From: Euglena gracilis
Lineage: Eukaryota
Direction: 5' to 3'
DNA length: 64,000 nt
Assembly: GCA_039621445.1 (NCBI GenBank)
Contig: CP154954.1
Location: 49,021,847-49,085,846, forward strand
Numbering within the stretch: position 1 is the stretch's first letter; each line of letters starts with the position of its first letter. A program made the translations under genes and the position numbers. This document shows positions 11,612-24,841 of the stretch, in pieces. The notes below the pieces were generated by a model, which was not told the origin of the DNA, made no database searches, and was given only the letters and a program-made list of their open reading frames with translations.

Positions 11612-13511
11612 AGACCCTGACAGGGACCCTGACAGTTTCCCGGGCAGCACTCTGACAGAATCTCGAGCATGATGGTTTCCCGGGGGGGGGGGGGTAAACA
11701 AAAGGTGCCAAAGGCACTGGGCAAATTTGCATAGTTGCAGGGTTGTTTGTCACATTGCACCACCTTGAATGCTCAAAAAAATGGAGCATGAATCTTCAGA
11801 ATAGCAATTTAGAGAGCAAAATGTGCAAAAAAAATGTTGAATTTCCCAAGATTCTCTTCAACAAATACCTTTTCTACAATTTGGATTCTGCAAAACTGCA
11901 AATGATGCTTCTTCCACATGCTCCCTGGCTACTGCAACGGTTGACAAGGGTGTTAAAGATGACGGAATGCAACACAGGGACCCCAAGCAGGCACCCTCTC
12001 AGCAACACGAGGATTGGTGTTGGCAAGAGGCCGATAGGGATAAGAGTCCGACCACTGAACCACAGTGGCACGGCTGACACGGCCAGCCCAAAGAGTTGAC
12101 CGTCTCCAAAAGAGACAAACAAACATCCAGCAACAGGATGAGCAGAACATTTCGTTGTTGTGCCAAGGGATCAAGAAATGCTGGAGGCTCAACGACGTGT
12201 CCCATTCATCCCAATGCAATGATGGATTGCCTGATCTTTCATGGATAACGGCATCCACCTCCAATAACTGGAAGATTTGGGCCGGCTGGCAATTTTATTT
12301 TGAAACATTCGGACGCTTTTGCTGCCTTGACTGCTTTTGGTCACAATCGTTTGACCAAGATTTCCGCCATTTCATAATTTTGGCCATGGTTAGTCATTTT
12401 CGGTCACTATTAATATCACTCCCGGCCACTCTTGCGTGCTTTATGCTGTTTTTGAGTGTTGTTGGTCTCTTCACCAACTTTTGGCCGCTTTTGCTGCTTT
12501 CGACTGCTTTTTGGCCTTTTTGCTGACGGTGTGGCCACTTTTGCTGCTTCCAGCTTGTTGCACACAGGGTTGTTGCAGACGACATGGATCTGTAGCATCA
12601 CAACTGCTGGCGATGTTGTCAACACATGAATCTCTGGTGCATAAATATTAACTCTGAGAATAGAAAAAAAACATCTGGGAAATAATACATTGGCGTTGGA
12701 AATGGTTGAATGTCATGAAAACTGCCCACATGCACCATTCCTTTAATACAATACCATCCAGAAAATAATTTCAACGAGATGTTGCCAATGCCAAGCTTCT
12801 TTTGATCTCTAATTAATTCTGCATGAAAAAAAAAAACAGGAAAACTTGACAACGTTTTGATTTTTTGGACTATCTCACGGTGATATTGATGGTGATCTCA
12901 ATGGTGATATTACATCCTTCCATCCAGAGTGGTGGGGTATCTGGCAAGAAGATAACAACGACAAACAACAAATAAACAAATCCCAAATGCGTATAGCACA
13001 TTGCCCCCCACCCAGGTTCTGAGCACTAGTATGGCTGGAATAATGCCAGCTCAATGCAGACCCTATGAAGGGGGGGGGTTGAAAAATTTGGGATACCAGC
13101 TGGCCAGGGTATTATTTAAGCCTGAAAACCCTTAAAAACCCTTAAAAACCATTGTAAAAGTTTTGGCCAAAATGCCCAAAAAACCTTTAAAAAAGTAAAG
13201 GGGGTAGGTTCAAAAACCACTCGATGCTGCCAGCAGATGTCCCTGTCACATCCTGAACGGCAGAAGGCACCGTTGGATACTGAACACCAAGCAAATTGGA
13301 CAGAGGCGCAGCGACTTGGAAAGCGAATGGGGCAGAAATGCTCGCATGGGTGCCTGTGGGCGTCACATTTTCAACACTCAGGGTCTGAGGGTGCTTGTAC
13401 AGCTACCGCCAGCGGGGGTTCTTTTTATTTGATTCAAAAACAACACTTTTCCATCGCACAGGCCCGTCTAATTAATAATAATAAAAAACGAAACCAAGCC
13501 GGAAAACCCTA

Positions 13512-13654
13512 CCCGCCCCCCCCGGGCAATTGTCGTGCGACAAATCGGGCAGCACGGAGGGGGGTGACAATTTCCAGGGGTGACAATTTGGCCGGCACAG
13601 CCAGGGGTGACAATTGCCTGGGGGTGTCAATTATCCGGGGGGGGGGGGGGCGGG
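13512..13654. mobile_element. TA-flanked MITE (Tc1/mariner-type TSD)
   Basis: TA|CCCGCCCCCCCCGGG..AATTG ... CAATT..CCGGGGGGGGGGGCGGG|TA. Confidence 0.8.
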
Positions 13655-16362
13655 TAAAAAGAAATCCGAGGAAGGATGCAGGCAGGAGCGCAATAAAAAA
13701 TGCCTTGGTTGGAAATTGGTCATCCGAGACCAGCCGCAGCCGCCCCAATTGCAACCACGCAAGGCCAAACCGTGGCTGCCAGTGAGGCCGGCCACGGTCG
13801 GCTTCAGCCAGACGGGAAAGCAGGAGGGCGAGCTCACCGCTTGCAATCGATGGGAAATTGGGGAATGCAGGGTGACGGCATCGAACGCGCCTGGGGAGTT
13901 TCCAAGCCGCTGCAGTGGTTGAAGAAGAGGAAGAAGAAGAAAAAGAAAGACGAGGCACCACACCCCCCAATAGGGGGGGGGGGACAAGGGGGGGGGGGGA
14001 GATGGTCAAGTAAGTGCAAGGGTAAACAATTTTCGATCCGGGGGGGATATGCAGAGACATGGGTGGCCATGCCGAATAGAAATCTGCAAAAGACTGGCTC
14101 CGTTGCCATCCATTGCAGCACAGAGGCCGCTGGAAAGAAGCAGTGTGGCGTACAAACCCGACCCCATCAAGGCGAGCAGCACATGAACACCCTGAAGCAG
14201 GATGGGTATCCTAATAAAAAAAAAATGAGTTAAAATTCACAACAATCCAACAAACTATGCCAACTATTGCCCCAGAAATGTGCTGTTGACAAGGGGGGGG
14301 GGGGGTGCCAACGGCACGATGGGTCTCAGACAAAAGACGTGTCAGACAAAATACGTTCAAAATGTGTCAAAAATGTGGCTTGTGATGAAAACACGCACAA
14401 AAATTGAATTGAATTTTGAAAAAAAAGGGTAAAAATATGAGAAGCACAGTCTGACCCCCCCATGGGGTCCTGGTTGTGTGGCGGGGTGGGTCGGTCATCG
14501 GTCCACATTTGTAAACCCCCCAAAATCCAAGACACCCTCTAAATAGACACACACCCTACATTCCAGGGACGAAGCGGCCAACAGGCACAAAACAAAAAAT
14601 GCAAAACGTTTACATTTTTTTTTAATAAAAAAATAAGGCAAAACGAGGCCACCCAAAAGATTGTCCCCCCCCACAAATGAAAACACCCCTAAAATTTTTT
14701 AAAACTGGGCTTTGGTTGCACCCTCAGGCGTTGACGTTTTTTTTTTTTTTTTAACAGTTTTTTTTAAAAAACAAAACATGTTTAAAAAAACGCAAAAAAA
14801 CATGTTTCTTTTTAAAAAAACAAAATTGAATTGAAAAAAAAAAAATTTGAATGGGGTAAAAGCAAAACCCCTTCTCTTCCGAGTCGCCGACATAAAAATA
14901 AAATTCAGGGAAGCGGGGGACACAAAATCTTAAACTGTTCCGGGCCACATTCCCATTCCGCCCCCATCACCCCCAAAAGTTCCATCCATCGGCTTTTTTC
15001 TTACCTGTCCTCCATCCACCCTTTTTGAGCAAAATTGTGAATGCCCTATCTCCTTGATGTTTCAGGGTCCGAGGGCGTCACAAACACCACATTTTCGGTG
15101 GGCCAAATAGGAATCACCGAAAACGAATTTTGGGGGGGGGAAAATCATTTTTTTGGCTCCAAAATTAAGGAATCCCCCAAACCCTAAAATTAGTATTTTG
15201 CAAATTAAGGACCATCGCCAGTCTAAATTTTTGCAAAATTGTGCCTCAAAATTAGGATTTTACCTGATAATATTTTGTCAAATTAGGCATCACCGGCAAA
15301 ATATTTTTCAAAAAACCATTGCAAAAAAATTTTCCGACAAAACCCTCCATGACGTTTTTTGAAAAAAAAAATCAATATTAATAAAAACATAAAAAAACAT
15401 ATTTTTAAAAAAACATGTTTTTTTTGTTTCAAAAAAAAGCCGTCAACCTTGTCTGCCCTATCTTTAAAAATCTTGTCGAGGATACAAATTTTTGCTAGTA
15501 AAGCCGATTTCCTATCAGAAATCGGGAAAAAACCCTGAGAGAAATTGCCCAAATTGCAAATTTTGAAAAAAAAGGCATATTGAAGTAAATTTGAAACAAA
15601 AATGCAAAAAAGCACCAGGTTTCCTTGTGAAAACGTTCAAAAAATGACTGGAACTCATTTCGCGCCTTTTATTTTCAGGTTCGTGAGGGAAAATTGGAGG
15701 AAAGGGAAAAAAAAAATTGTGGGAAAAAATTGCAAAATAATTACAGAAAAAAAATGTGGTCAAATCCCCCCTGCTTCTGTGCTTTGTGGCATGTTGACAG
15801 GGAATGTTTACCGTTGTCAAAACCTTCATCCCGAAATGTGATAAATATGCTGTGGCATTACGAAAGTCGTGACATTCAAGTATTGTGTGATTTGCCACCA
15901 ATATGACATAACTCCAAAAATACTCTCGGCTTCGGAAATAAAAACAACAAACCCAAAATACTCTCGCTTCGGAAAAAAAACGCTCTTGCAATGGCAGGTG
16001 TTCCTCTTTTGAAACAGAAAGGCTTTTACCAAGCTCGACCATTTTCTCATTCATGTTCGAAAAGATTAAATGATGAAATACCCAACCAAACCATATATAG
16101 AACCCCCACAAATTTTTAACCAGGCCGCCTTCATGGACAAAACTTAGCAAAGAAATCAACTCCATTCCCTTGAGTAACTGCAGCCAAAACAAGGTGTGAA
16201 GGAGGTGAACTTCTGGTTCCGGATTTGTAATATTTAAAAAAAGGTGGCTGCATTGATATTCTTCACTCTCGCTTCGCTCCACAACAGTCAACTGCCGCGG
16301 GGGGTCGAGGGGTATACAAGTCAGGAGTAGTGCGTGCCGGGGAACGCTGCTCAGCAAGGGGA

Positions 16363-16411
16363 GCTGTTTAGCGCGCGCAGCATGTCCAGCAGGCAGATGG
16401 GGAGGTCGGGC
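16363..16411 (-). CDS. Paralogue C, 3' part of the LLDMLRALN exon
   Basis: PDLPICLLDMLRALNS; homologous to 32850-32980, 46476-46610 and 63185-63226. Confidence 0.7.
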
Positions 16412-16664
16412 GCGGCCAGGGATGTACAGGAAAGACTGGTGGGGGGGGGGTTGGGGTTGACTGTCAGCCACCAAAGGAAAAAGGAATCATTTTTTAAGAC
16501 GCCTTAAAAAAAACCTTAAAATCCCTCAAAATTGCCTTAATCGTTGCTTTTGACCCCAAAAAAACGGCGCCGCCAGAAAAACGGGAAATCGTGGTGGGAT
16601 GGGGTTGGACCCCCCCCCAACCCACCACCCGTGGGGGTTCGGGGATTCCCGGACAGCCCGGACT
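16412..16664 (-). other. Putative non-conventional intron formed by a hAT-type MITE (253 nt), private to paralogue C
   Basis: GC|AGT CCGGGCTGTCCGGGAAT ... TTTCCTGTACATCCCTG GCCGC|G. TIR at +4 and -6; flanks GCCGCAGT / GCCGCGCC. Removal gives SAAPDLPICLLDM, the same length as SAELEDPHPLLDM in the uninterrupted paralogue. Confidence 0.8.
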
Positions 16665-16770
16665 GCGGCGGAGGGGGAGCGGCTGGTGGGGGATGGCAAG
16701 GCGCACGCCCGAAGGGTGTGGCGGGCTTGGGGGCAGCAGTGCCACCGGCGCCCCGGGAGGGGGTTCGCCC
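16665..16770 (-). CDS. Paralogue C, 5' part of the LLDMLRALN exon
   Basis: RRWHCCPQARHTLRACALPSPTSRSPSA aligns with RGRCRQARHALRGCALPSPADPFPSV; upstream boundary approximate. Confidence 0.7.
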
Positions 16771-19524
16771 ATCGTCGGGAGCCGAACGACACCCCCCGCG
16801 CCACTGGCAGTGTGGCGGATGGGGAGGACGCGGATGCGAATTCCGGGGAAGAGTCGAAATACCGAGGGCACAACAAACCAGGCAGAGCACAGACAAGACC
16901 AGACTTTCATTGAGCACCGCAGCGAACTATTCCGCGATGCAAAAGAAATTCTTGCCGCGGTGCACGTGGCGCACAGAAAGAAATCTTCCGCGGCGCAAGC
17001 AAACACAAAAAGTTTGGTGCCGCGGCGCAGAAAATTTTTTTCCGCGGCGCACTAAAATGAAAGTCAGGATTCTGGGGGCAATGTGATGCCCCTGATTCTG
17101 ATTCTCAATGTGCTCCCTCTTCAGGGTAAAGCCAGGTGGGGGGTGCTGTGGGGGGGGGGGAGCGGGAGACACCCACCTCGAACCCTGGCCCCTTCCAGAA
17201 TGATTTCTTCCAAGCCAGAATTGCAAACTAACAACAAACAGAATTACAACAAAAGGAGCGGGGCAATGGCATGTGTGGGGCGTTTTTCAACGACACAGAT
17301 TTTTGGGGGGCGAGATGACAGACAGGGCTGTGCGGAGAAGGGCCTGATGGGGGGGGGGGGTCGGGACCCCCCTCCAACCAGGATGGAGGATGGGGGGGGG
17401 GTTCGACCCCCAACCCACCATAAGGTTGTGGGTATTCCCATGCAGCCCTGGATGTCAGGGGGGGGATTGTGGGCGCCACGATGGGACCAGAATTAGTCGC
17501 CAAGCATTCAGGAGTTGGAGGCAAAAAAAAAAAAATGGGGAAAAAATTGGAGACGGCAAAAATTGGCTGTCCGAGCCAAAAGAGCAAGAAACATATTGGC
17601 AGGGTGTTCAGGCAAAAAAACAATTGGAAAAAATAGGAAAGGCAAACCAAAACAATGGCTGACCTCGCCCCGTGGTAGGGGTCCCAGGCTGGAGCTGGGC
17701 CCGGGGTCGAACCCGGGCACCAAAAAAATTGGAAATTTCAGAAAATATCAACAATATACAAAAAATCGATTTTTTGTTTTGACCCCAAATTTGTCTGGCC
17801 AGCACTTTTCTGACCCATTTTCGCCATTTTTGGCCCATTTTTGCACCCCGAAAGCAAACAAACAATCCGTTCCGTCCAGCTGCCCGAAGGGCAGCTGGAA
17901 AAAAGCAGAACTTGTTGATGGCTGCTGGTTGGCGTACCCCCCCCCCCCTGGGTGGGGGGGTCAAATCTTCTTTAGAAACTCCATGACCTCTGAAGATCAG
18001 ATAGCAACAGAAAGGCAGAGACCCTAAGACCTGAGCTGCTGAATGGCAGGATAACACATTTTTGTGCACACCAACCATGGGTGCCCAAACGGTGGCCCTG
18101 CTGGGCTGGGCTGGAGCTGGAGGTCGGCCCCGCGCCTGCAGAGCGGGAGGGGACCGGTTCAGCGCTCCTCGGGGGCGGGGCGGGGGGACGCCGGGGCCGG
18201 TGGGCCCAACCAGGGGACTCCTCCCCCTCCTGGGAAGTGGTGGTCGCCACAGCCCCATTCAGTATGCACAGTCCACGTGACAACTTCCCAGGTGGACAGC
18301 GTCAACCATATTGGGCGGGCAGGGTAGGAAATGAGTGGGGAGAGGGGGGGGGGGGTTGGGACCAGGCCCTGGTCGGCCCCTGGTTGGCAAAACAGTCGGA
18401 CATGGGTGGGGGGGGTCAGCAAATAAAAAAGAGGCACACACCCCGACCATGCAATACATTTTAAGCAGCACTTGTTGCCCACTGTTGGCCGTATTTTGCA
18501 TACTGTTCCTCACACTTGGCTATCTTTGGCCACTCTTATGGCGGCGATCTGCGCTGGTTTTTGCCCAATTTTGTGGCTGTGTGTTAGGCATTTTTCCCAC
18601 TTTTCGGCTGCTGTGAGCTTCTTTTGGTTGCTTTTAACCACCCTTGGTTAATTTTGCCACTTTGGCCACTTTCGGCTTTCTCGCCCATTTTTTTTTGGCC
18701 ACTGTTGCCTGCGTCTACTTCTTTTTGGCAACTTTTGGTCAATAGTGACTGCTTCTGGCCTCGTTTGGGCACTTTTGGCTGATTTGAGCCATCGGAAGCA
18801 ACTTTTGGCCACTTTGGAGCATTTTTTGCCCACTTAACGCGAATTGAGGCTTTTTGCTTCTGCTGTGCTTCTGCTCTGCTTTTTTTTTTTTTGCACTTTT
18901 GGTCCTCTTGGCCTCTTCACTTGCATCTTCCTTGAGTTGGTGGGAATGGGCAAAAAAATGGGCAAAGTGGGGCCAAAAGTGGATATAGAACGTGTAGGGG
19001 AGATGGGCAACAGTGGCAAAAATGCCCAAAAAAAAGACTGCAGGCCAGGAAGAAGAAACTTGTCCACCATTACCATGGAAATGATCGGCAAAAACAAATG
19101 GTAACATCGGCCCGAGTTGGCCCTAGTCGGCCCTCATCAGATCCCTCACAGTATGGGAGTCCTGAAAATCATGGTCACCCCTGGTCGAACCTGGTGGTCG
19201 GTTGGGAGGTGCTAGGTGTGCCCCCCCCCACCCCCATGAACAGTGGCTGTACAAAAAAAGGCCTGGTGATGGGGGGGGGGGGGGTCACCCCCACCCACCA
19301 TCACACCCAAATAAGGAAAATTTTGACCTAAAAATCGGCGCTCCCGGAAACAGGGGAATGCTAATGCGACATGTAGTTGCGAGGGGTTGGAGGGGGTTCG
19401 GACCCCCCCCTGCCACCAGAATGGGGTGGGGGGGTGGTTTTCGTCGGGGGTGGGGGTGGGGGGGTGGGGTGGTAGACCCCCACACACCACCCATGAAGAG
19501 GGGGGTCGGACCCCCCCCGGAAAT

Positions 19525-19652
19525 ATATTATTATATTTACTATATTATATTATTATATATATATATATATATATTATTAGATATATATATATTCTATATA
19601 CCACATACATATATAGATACCAATATATGTACATAATATATGATATATATAT
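19525..19652. repeat. AT-rich (TA)n/(TAT)n low-complexity tract
   Basis: Direct inspection. Confidence 0.9.
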
Positions 19653-21396
19653 GTTGTTGGCCCGTGTTTTTTTAAAAATAGTACGCAAAAACGCGATTTT
19701 CGGGCCTTGTCAAAGGCCCAAAAAATTTTTCACCGTACACCAAAAACTTCATCTCTGTACTTGGTTTCCGGGGAGTCCCCAGACCCCCTGGTCTGAAGGG
19801 GGGACCCCCCGTACAAAACCAGTGCTCACTGAATACCCTGCATGGGGTGACAAGCACTTATTTGGTTTTAAATCAAGGATGTTGGGGTACCACCGGGGAA
19901 AGGAAAAAAAAAAAAACAACCTTATCTTGGAGCAAAGTAAGTCGGAGAGGGATTTATTTGAGGGGGGGGGGGGTCCACATCGATAAGGGGGGTGGGTTGT
20001 AAACGAGGGGTTTGCTTGGGTGATTTACAACCTGAATAAACTGACTGAAATTGGCTGAGATTGGAATGGTTTTCCACCGGAAAACAACCCCTCCTTGGAG
20101 CAAGGCAAGCAAAATGAAAAAAAGATGTCCTGAGTGTGCAGCACTTTAGCAAGCAAACAGTTTCCAGTCGAAAAATGGCCTTATTTTTGCAAAAAAAAAT
20201 GTGTCAACTTTTAGAGAGAAAATGATTTCTGGATCCTTGGACATTTGCCCAGCCACCCAAAAAGTGTGTTTTGCGGCCTTTTATTTCTGGGCTCCGTTTG
20301 ACGCCCTTGGACAGACTAAGGCTGGCCCTTTGGCCCAAGGGTGGTTCTTACAGGGCAATACAATTTAAGAAAATCCCCGTCCCGTACACACCGCCTGGGG
20401 GTGATCAAAGAAAGCCCAAATCCAGCGGGACTTTGAGAAAGAGTCTTCAAAAATGGTAAAAATGGTTTAAAAAAATGGCGTTTCTTGTGGTTTTACCCAT
20501 GTTTTAGGTTAAAGAAATCCAATGTTTGTGGGCTCAGTGATCAGACTGTCCCATCGTTTCACCAGCGGACCCCTGGTGGGGAAGGGGGGGGGATCCGGCG
20601 TGAGAAGTCCCCTGGGCCCCACAGGGTTGGGGGCGGTGCGGGCGTACAGAGGGGTGACGTGGGCCGGGCAGGGCAAGGGGTTGACGGAAGAGGAGGGGGA
20701 GGGGGGGAGGGGAGCGCTAGACAGGCTCCCCAGGAAACAATGTCACATTTTGGGGGTCCCGGTGCAGGGTTGCTGTCCTGTGCGGTCAACGCCTGATTGT
20801 GGCACCGGCTCGGCCGCCCGCAGGGAGGGAGGCGGATCGGGAGCGCTCACCGCACCGTGCCCCTTCTGCGCGGCGGCGGACACGGGGATGAGGTGCGGGG
20901 CCAGTGGGGGGGCGGGGGACGGGAGCGCCCCACTGCAACGATGCATCCCTCGCATCTCCGCCATTGTTGCATGCGGTTCTCACTTTTACTCGCAGCACCC
21001 ACACAAAACACGATTGAAAACTGTTGAAGATCAGCGCAAAATGACAACGATCGGGGCCGGGGATTTGCGTATCCTCCGAATAATAATAAGCATGTCTCCG
21101 GGTCGCGATGAGGGTGGCAGGGCACCGTTTCGTAATCCGGCATCGGCTTCCTCCCGCAATCTTCCTCCCCCAGTCCAGGGCAGCGGGGCGGCCATGGAAG
21201 GGGGGATCCCCAACATTGGCAACGCTGGCTGGGCAATGACGTAGAGGGCAGGGGCCGCCAGCCACCGCACGAGTTGGCCAACGGGAGAAGACCGGTTTGC
21301 CTCGGGGGTGTTGTCCGTGGGGAGAGGCACGTTCCTCGCACGTCCCAGCCCCCAGGCTTTGGTTCAAACCACGTGGAGGAGTGTGCTCCCCATTTG

Positions 21397-22618
21397 CAAG
21401 CACCTATGACAGATTCCAAATTTTAGCCCGCGGTCGGCTGCGGTCGGCCGCGGTCGGCTGCGGTCGGATGCGGTCGGCTGCGGTCGGCCGCGGTCGGCTG
21501 TGGTCGGCTGCGGTCGGATGCGGTCGGCAGCGGTCGGCAAAGTAGTTGGCTGTAGGTGGGGGGCAGGCCAACAAAAAATGAGCATATATCACAATCACAC
21601 AATCCACTGTTGCCAACTTTTGGCCACTTTTTGATGCTTCTGGAGTGCTTTTGGCCACTGTTGCCGACTTTTGGTCGATTTTTGCTGCCTTTGCCCATTA
21701 TTTCCTGCCTTTTGCTTTGTTATGGTCACTTTTGTTGCTTTTGCCCACTTTTTTGCTGTGTTTTGGCTGCTTTTGGACAGCTTTTGCTTTACCTTGACCT
21801 CTTTTGACCACTTTTGGCCTCTTTAACCCACTTTTGACCACTTTTCTCTGCTTTTGGCCATTTTTACCTACTTCTGGCCACTTTCAGGCCACTTTAAACG
21901 TCGTTTTGTTGCCTTTGACATCAAGAGCAGTCAAACGTCACCTAAAAATGGCCTAAAAGTGGCAAAACATGGTTAAAATGGCCAAAAGTTCCAAAAGTAG
22001 GCAAAAATAACAAAAAAATGCCCAAAAATGGCCCAAAATGACCCTGCTTTTGGCCGATTTGGGTCACTTCAGCAGCTTTTGTTCACTTTTGGCAACAAAC
22101 TGGCACAAAATGCTCAAAATGGTCAAATTGGACCAAAAAGAGACAAAAAAAATGGGCAAAAATAACAAAAGAAATGGTCGAAAATGGCTTTAAATGGTTA
22201 AAAATGGCCCTAAATGGCCCAAAATGGCCCAAGAGCAGGACAAAATGGCCCAAAATTAACAGAAGTGGGCAAAAAGTGCCAAAAATGGTCAAAATAGGTC
22301 AAAATGGGTGAATTATGGTGGCAAAGGGGCCAAAAGGGGACAAAAGCGACCAAAAATGGCCAAAAGTGGCCAAAAGTAGCAACATGAGCCAGATGAGCCA
22401 GAAAAATCTCAACATCTGGGATAAAAATGAGCCCAATTCCTCATTCTCACTGAAAAATTGACATCAATTAGAAAAAAGTTGCGCGGTCGGCTGCGGTCGG
22501 CTGCGGTCGGCTGCGGTCGGCACCCCACCTATGACAGTCCTGAAACCCGTGGTCGGCCGCGGTCGGCTGCGGTCGGCTGCGGTCGGCTGCGGTCGGCTGC
22601 GGTCGGCATAGGTGCCTG
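21397..22618. mobile_element. hAT-type non-autonomous element, family A, copy 1
   Basis: TIR CA(A/G)GCACCTATG; perfect 8-bp TSD CCCATTTG; subterminal (GGTCGGCTGC)n arrays at both ends; closely similar copy at 44775-45959. Confidence 0.95.
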
Positions 22619-22941
22619 CCCATTTGGTCAAAGATGGAATGGGGGGGGGGGGTCACTCTCCCATCCTAAAATGAGCATAATCAAAACGGTTGACAATTTG
22701 CGAAGCCGAAAAAAAACCCTCAAAATCAACAAAAATGAATTTTGGAGAACTAGTTGGGAAAAAACGTCAAACAAAAAGACCGTCACAGCGCTGGAGGAAA
22801 ACTTCAATTCTTTTTTGGAATATCTGACGCATATTCATGGGATCCCTCTCTGGCTGCTATTTATTAAGGCTGCTATCAAATATATCACTCCCCACCTGAA
22901 TAGCAAACGAGAATGAGTGGTGTTCTTTTCATTGGGAGCCT

Positions 22942-23032
22942 CTGGCCGGGGTGCAGCTTGCTGCACTTCCCGCCGAACTTGCACTGCCCCGTCATGGCCC
23001 ACACCTCACACACCTGCCGACCGGCCTGGGCC
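22942..23032 (-). CDS. Paralogue C, CCCH zinc finger 2 exon
   Basis: AQAGRQVCEVWAMTGQCKFGGKCSKLHPGQ = C-x8-C-x5-C-x3-H; near-identical at 36474 and 51873. Confidence 0.9.
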
Positions 23033-24841
23033 TGCACCACACCATGGCTTCCTGTCCTGCCAGGGGTTACTTAACTTTCAACACACGACTCAGTTACTTC
23101 GACACTCCATCCCTCCTGGAGGGGGGGTTGGTGCCGCTACATAAGACCCAGAATTGATGCAGCATGACTGTTTTGTTCAGTAACTCAACGCCCTCATTGC
23201 CAGCTAAAAGCCACAATAACGCCCACTCCAGGGAGACCTAGAGGGGGCTCAGTGCAAATGTGAGAAAAACAACAAAACAAAACTAGTCAGTCAGTAAACC
23301 CCCCCCAAAAAATAAGACCCCCCCCCAAAATAAGACCCCCCCTGGGCCGATCGAGCAAAAATCCAAAAATAAGACCCCTCCCATAAATAAGACCCCCCTT
23401 GACGGCGCAAAGCGCCGGGGACGGTGAAAATCTTCCCTGAAAAATTACCAAAAACCCCAATTTCATACACAAAAATGATGAAATTTCAGAAAATTTCAGA
23501 TTTTTGAAGTGGAAAAAACATGGTAAATGTCAAATTACACCATTTTACACATGGCGCGAAGCGCCGAAGGAAAAATTTTAGCACTCTCGGGAACCTGAAA
23601 AATGGTGTTTTTTCGGGCCCGGGTCGGTCAAGAAAAAATCCAAAAATAAGACCCCCCCAAAAATAAGACCCCCCCTGGAGGCTTCCGGCAACGGACCCAA
23701 AAATAAGACCCGGGTCTTATTTTGGGGGGGGGGGTTTAGGGCGGGGGTACCTCGAAATATGCGATGCAAAAACGCAAAAAATGCAAATATAAGAAGACGT
23801 AAATCTCTTAAAATTTACAGTTTCTCCAAGACCCGGGTTGTGTTTTCTGTTGGAAAAAGCTTTACTCTCACCCCCCCCCCCCAAGCGCAATGAACACTAA
23901 AATGACAATCTGGACAGTCTTCGGAGAACACAGGGCAAAGGGGTTGGCTGACAGGCTTTCTTAAGGACCCCGGTCCACTGCTAAGCCATTTTGTTAGACA
24001 CTGGAAAAAATGGACCGGGTATTCCCCCTCCCCCCCCCCCAGGGTTGTATGGGAATCTCTGGGGGGGGGGGGGGGATCCCCCCTCCTACCTCCAGTTTTC
24101 GGTCGCCGAAAATTTCGGCCGCTTTTTGGGTAAAAAGATCGATTTTTTTGAAATTTCTCAAAAAATGGTGGGGAATCAAAAGAATGGGGGGGACACTGGA
24201 CTGGTAATGGCTAATTGTGAATAAAAAGCACATGGTGTGTGGTAATAATTTATTTTCCTTTGAAGGCTTGGTTAGACTGCTTCATTCACACGTGGACATG
24301 TGGACTTTGAAGACTGACTTGCACCAAGTTGCAATTGTAGGGGCACAATGTTCAGGCAAGAGCTCTGTCTTAGAGAGCCGAGTTGGGAGATATTTCCTGC
24401 CCTGAGTTTCGACATTCCAAAATTCCAAACGCCCCCTGTTCATTGCACAAGGGCGTTCATTGGATGTGGGGGGGGGTCAGGTAACTGAGTTATTTTAATT
24501 TCATAAAGCAAAACACTTTGAATAATCATTCGCAATCTTTTGAAGCCAAAAATGCATGATGAAAAGGGTGCCTTTCGTGTTTTTTAAAAAAAAACCAAAA
24601 AATGGGGAAAAAGACAGAGAAAAGCAGTGCAAACTTATCCTCGGGGTTTGTTGCGGAGTTGCATGGAATTATACTTCATTTCAAACAGCAACTCATTCAG
24701 ATCAACAAATCAACAAAAGCTTTCAAAGCATTGTTGAACCATTACAAAAACGCAGATTGCACAACTGGCATACCTCCCACCTGCAGTCAGCCAGCCATGT
24801 GCCCCCACCGCTTTGTGGGGACCCCAAGACGTGGTGTGGTC
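23033..24841 (-). other. Putative non-conventional intron formed by a TIR element (1809 nt), private to paralogue C
   Basis: GTGCA|GAC CACACCACGTCTT ... AAGCCATGGTGTG GTGCA|GGC. TIR 11/13; TSD GTGCAGAC / GTGCAGGC. Removal restores GTG CAG GCC CAG as in paralogues A and B. Confidence 0.85.
24262..24405 (+). pseudogene. Dynamin-family GTPase N-terminal/P-loop fragment
   Basis: TDLHQVAIVGAQCSGKSSVLESRVGRYFLP* versus dynamin LPQIAVVGxQSSGKSSVLExxVGRDFLPRG; TGA where Arg is expected; no further exons seen. Confidence 0.85.

Noticed and set aside
15515-16474. Longest ORF (319 aa)
   Set aside because: Crosses a MITE end, the LLDML exon out of frame and AT-rich repeats; no coherent protein.
17686-17722. 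tRNA gene on the minus strand (CCCGGGTTCGACCCCGGG)
   Set aside because: Only a T-arm/B-box-like half with a short loop; no D arm, anticodon arm or 5' acceptor strand. At most a SINE-like fragment.
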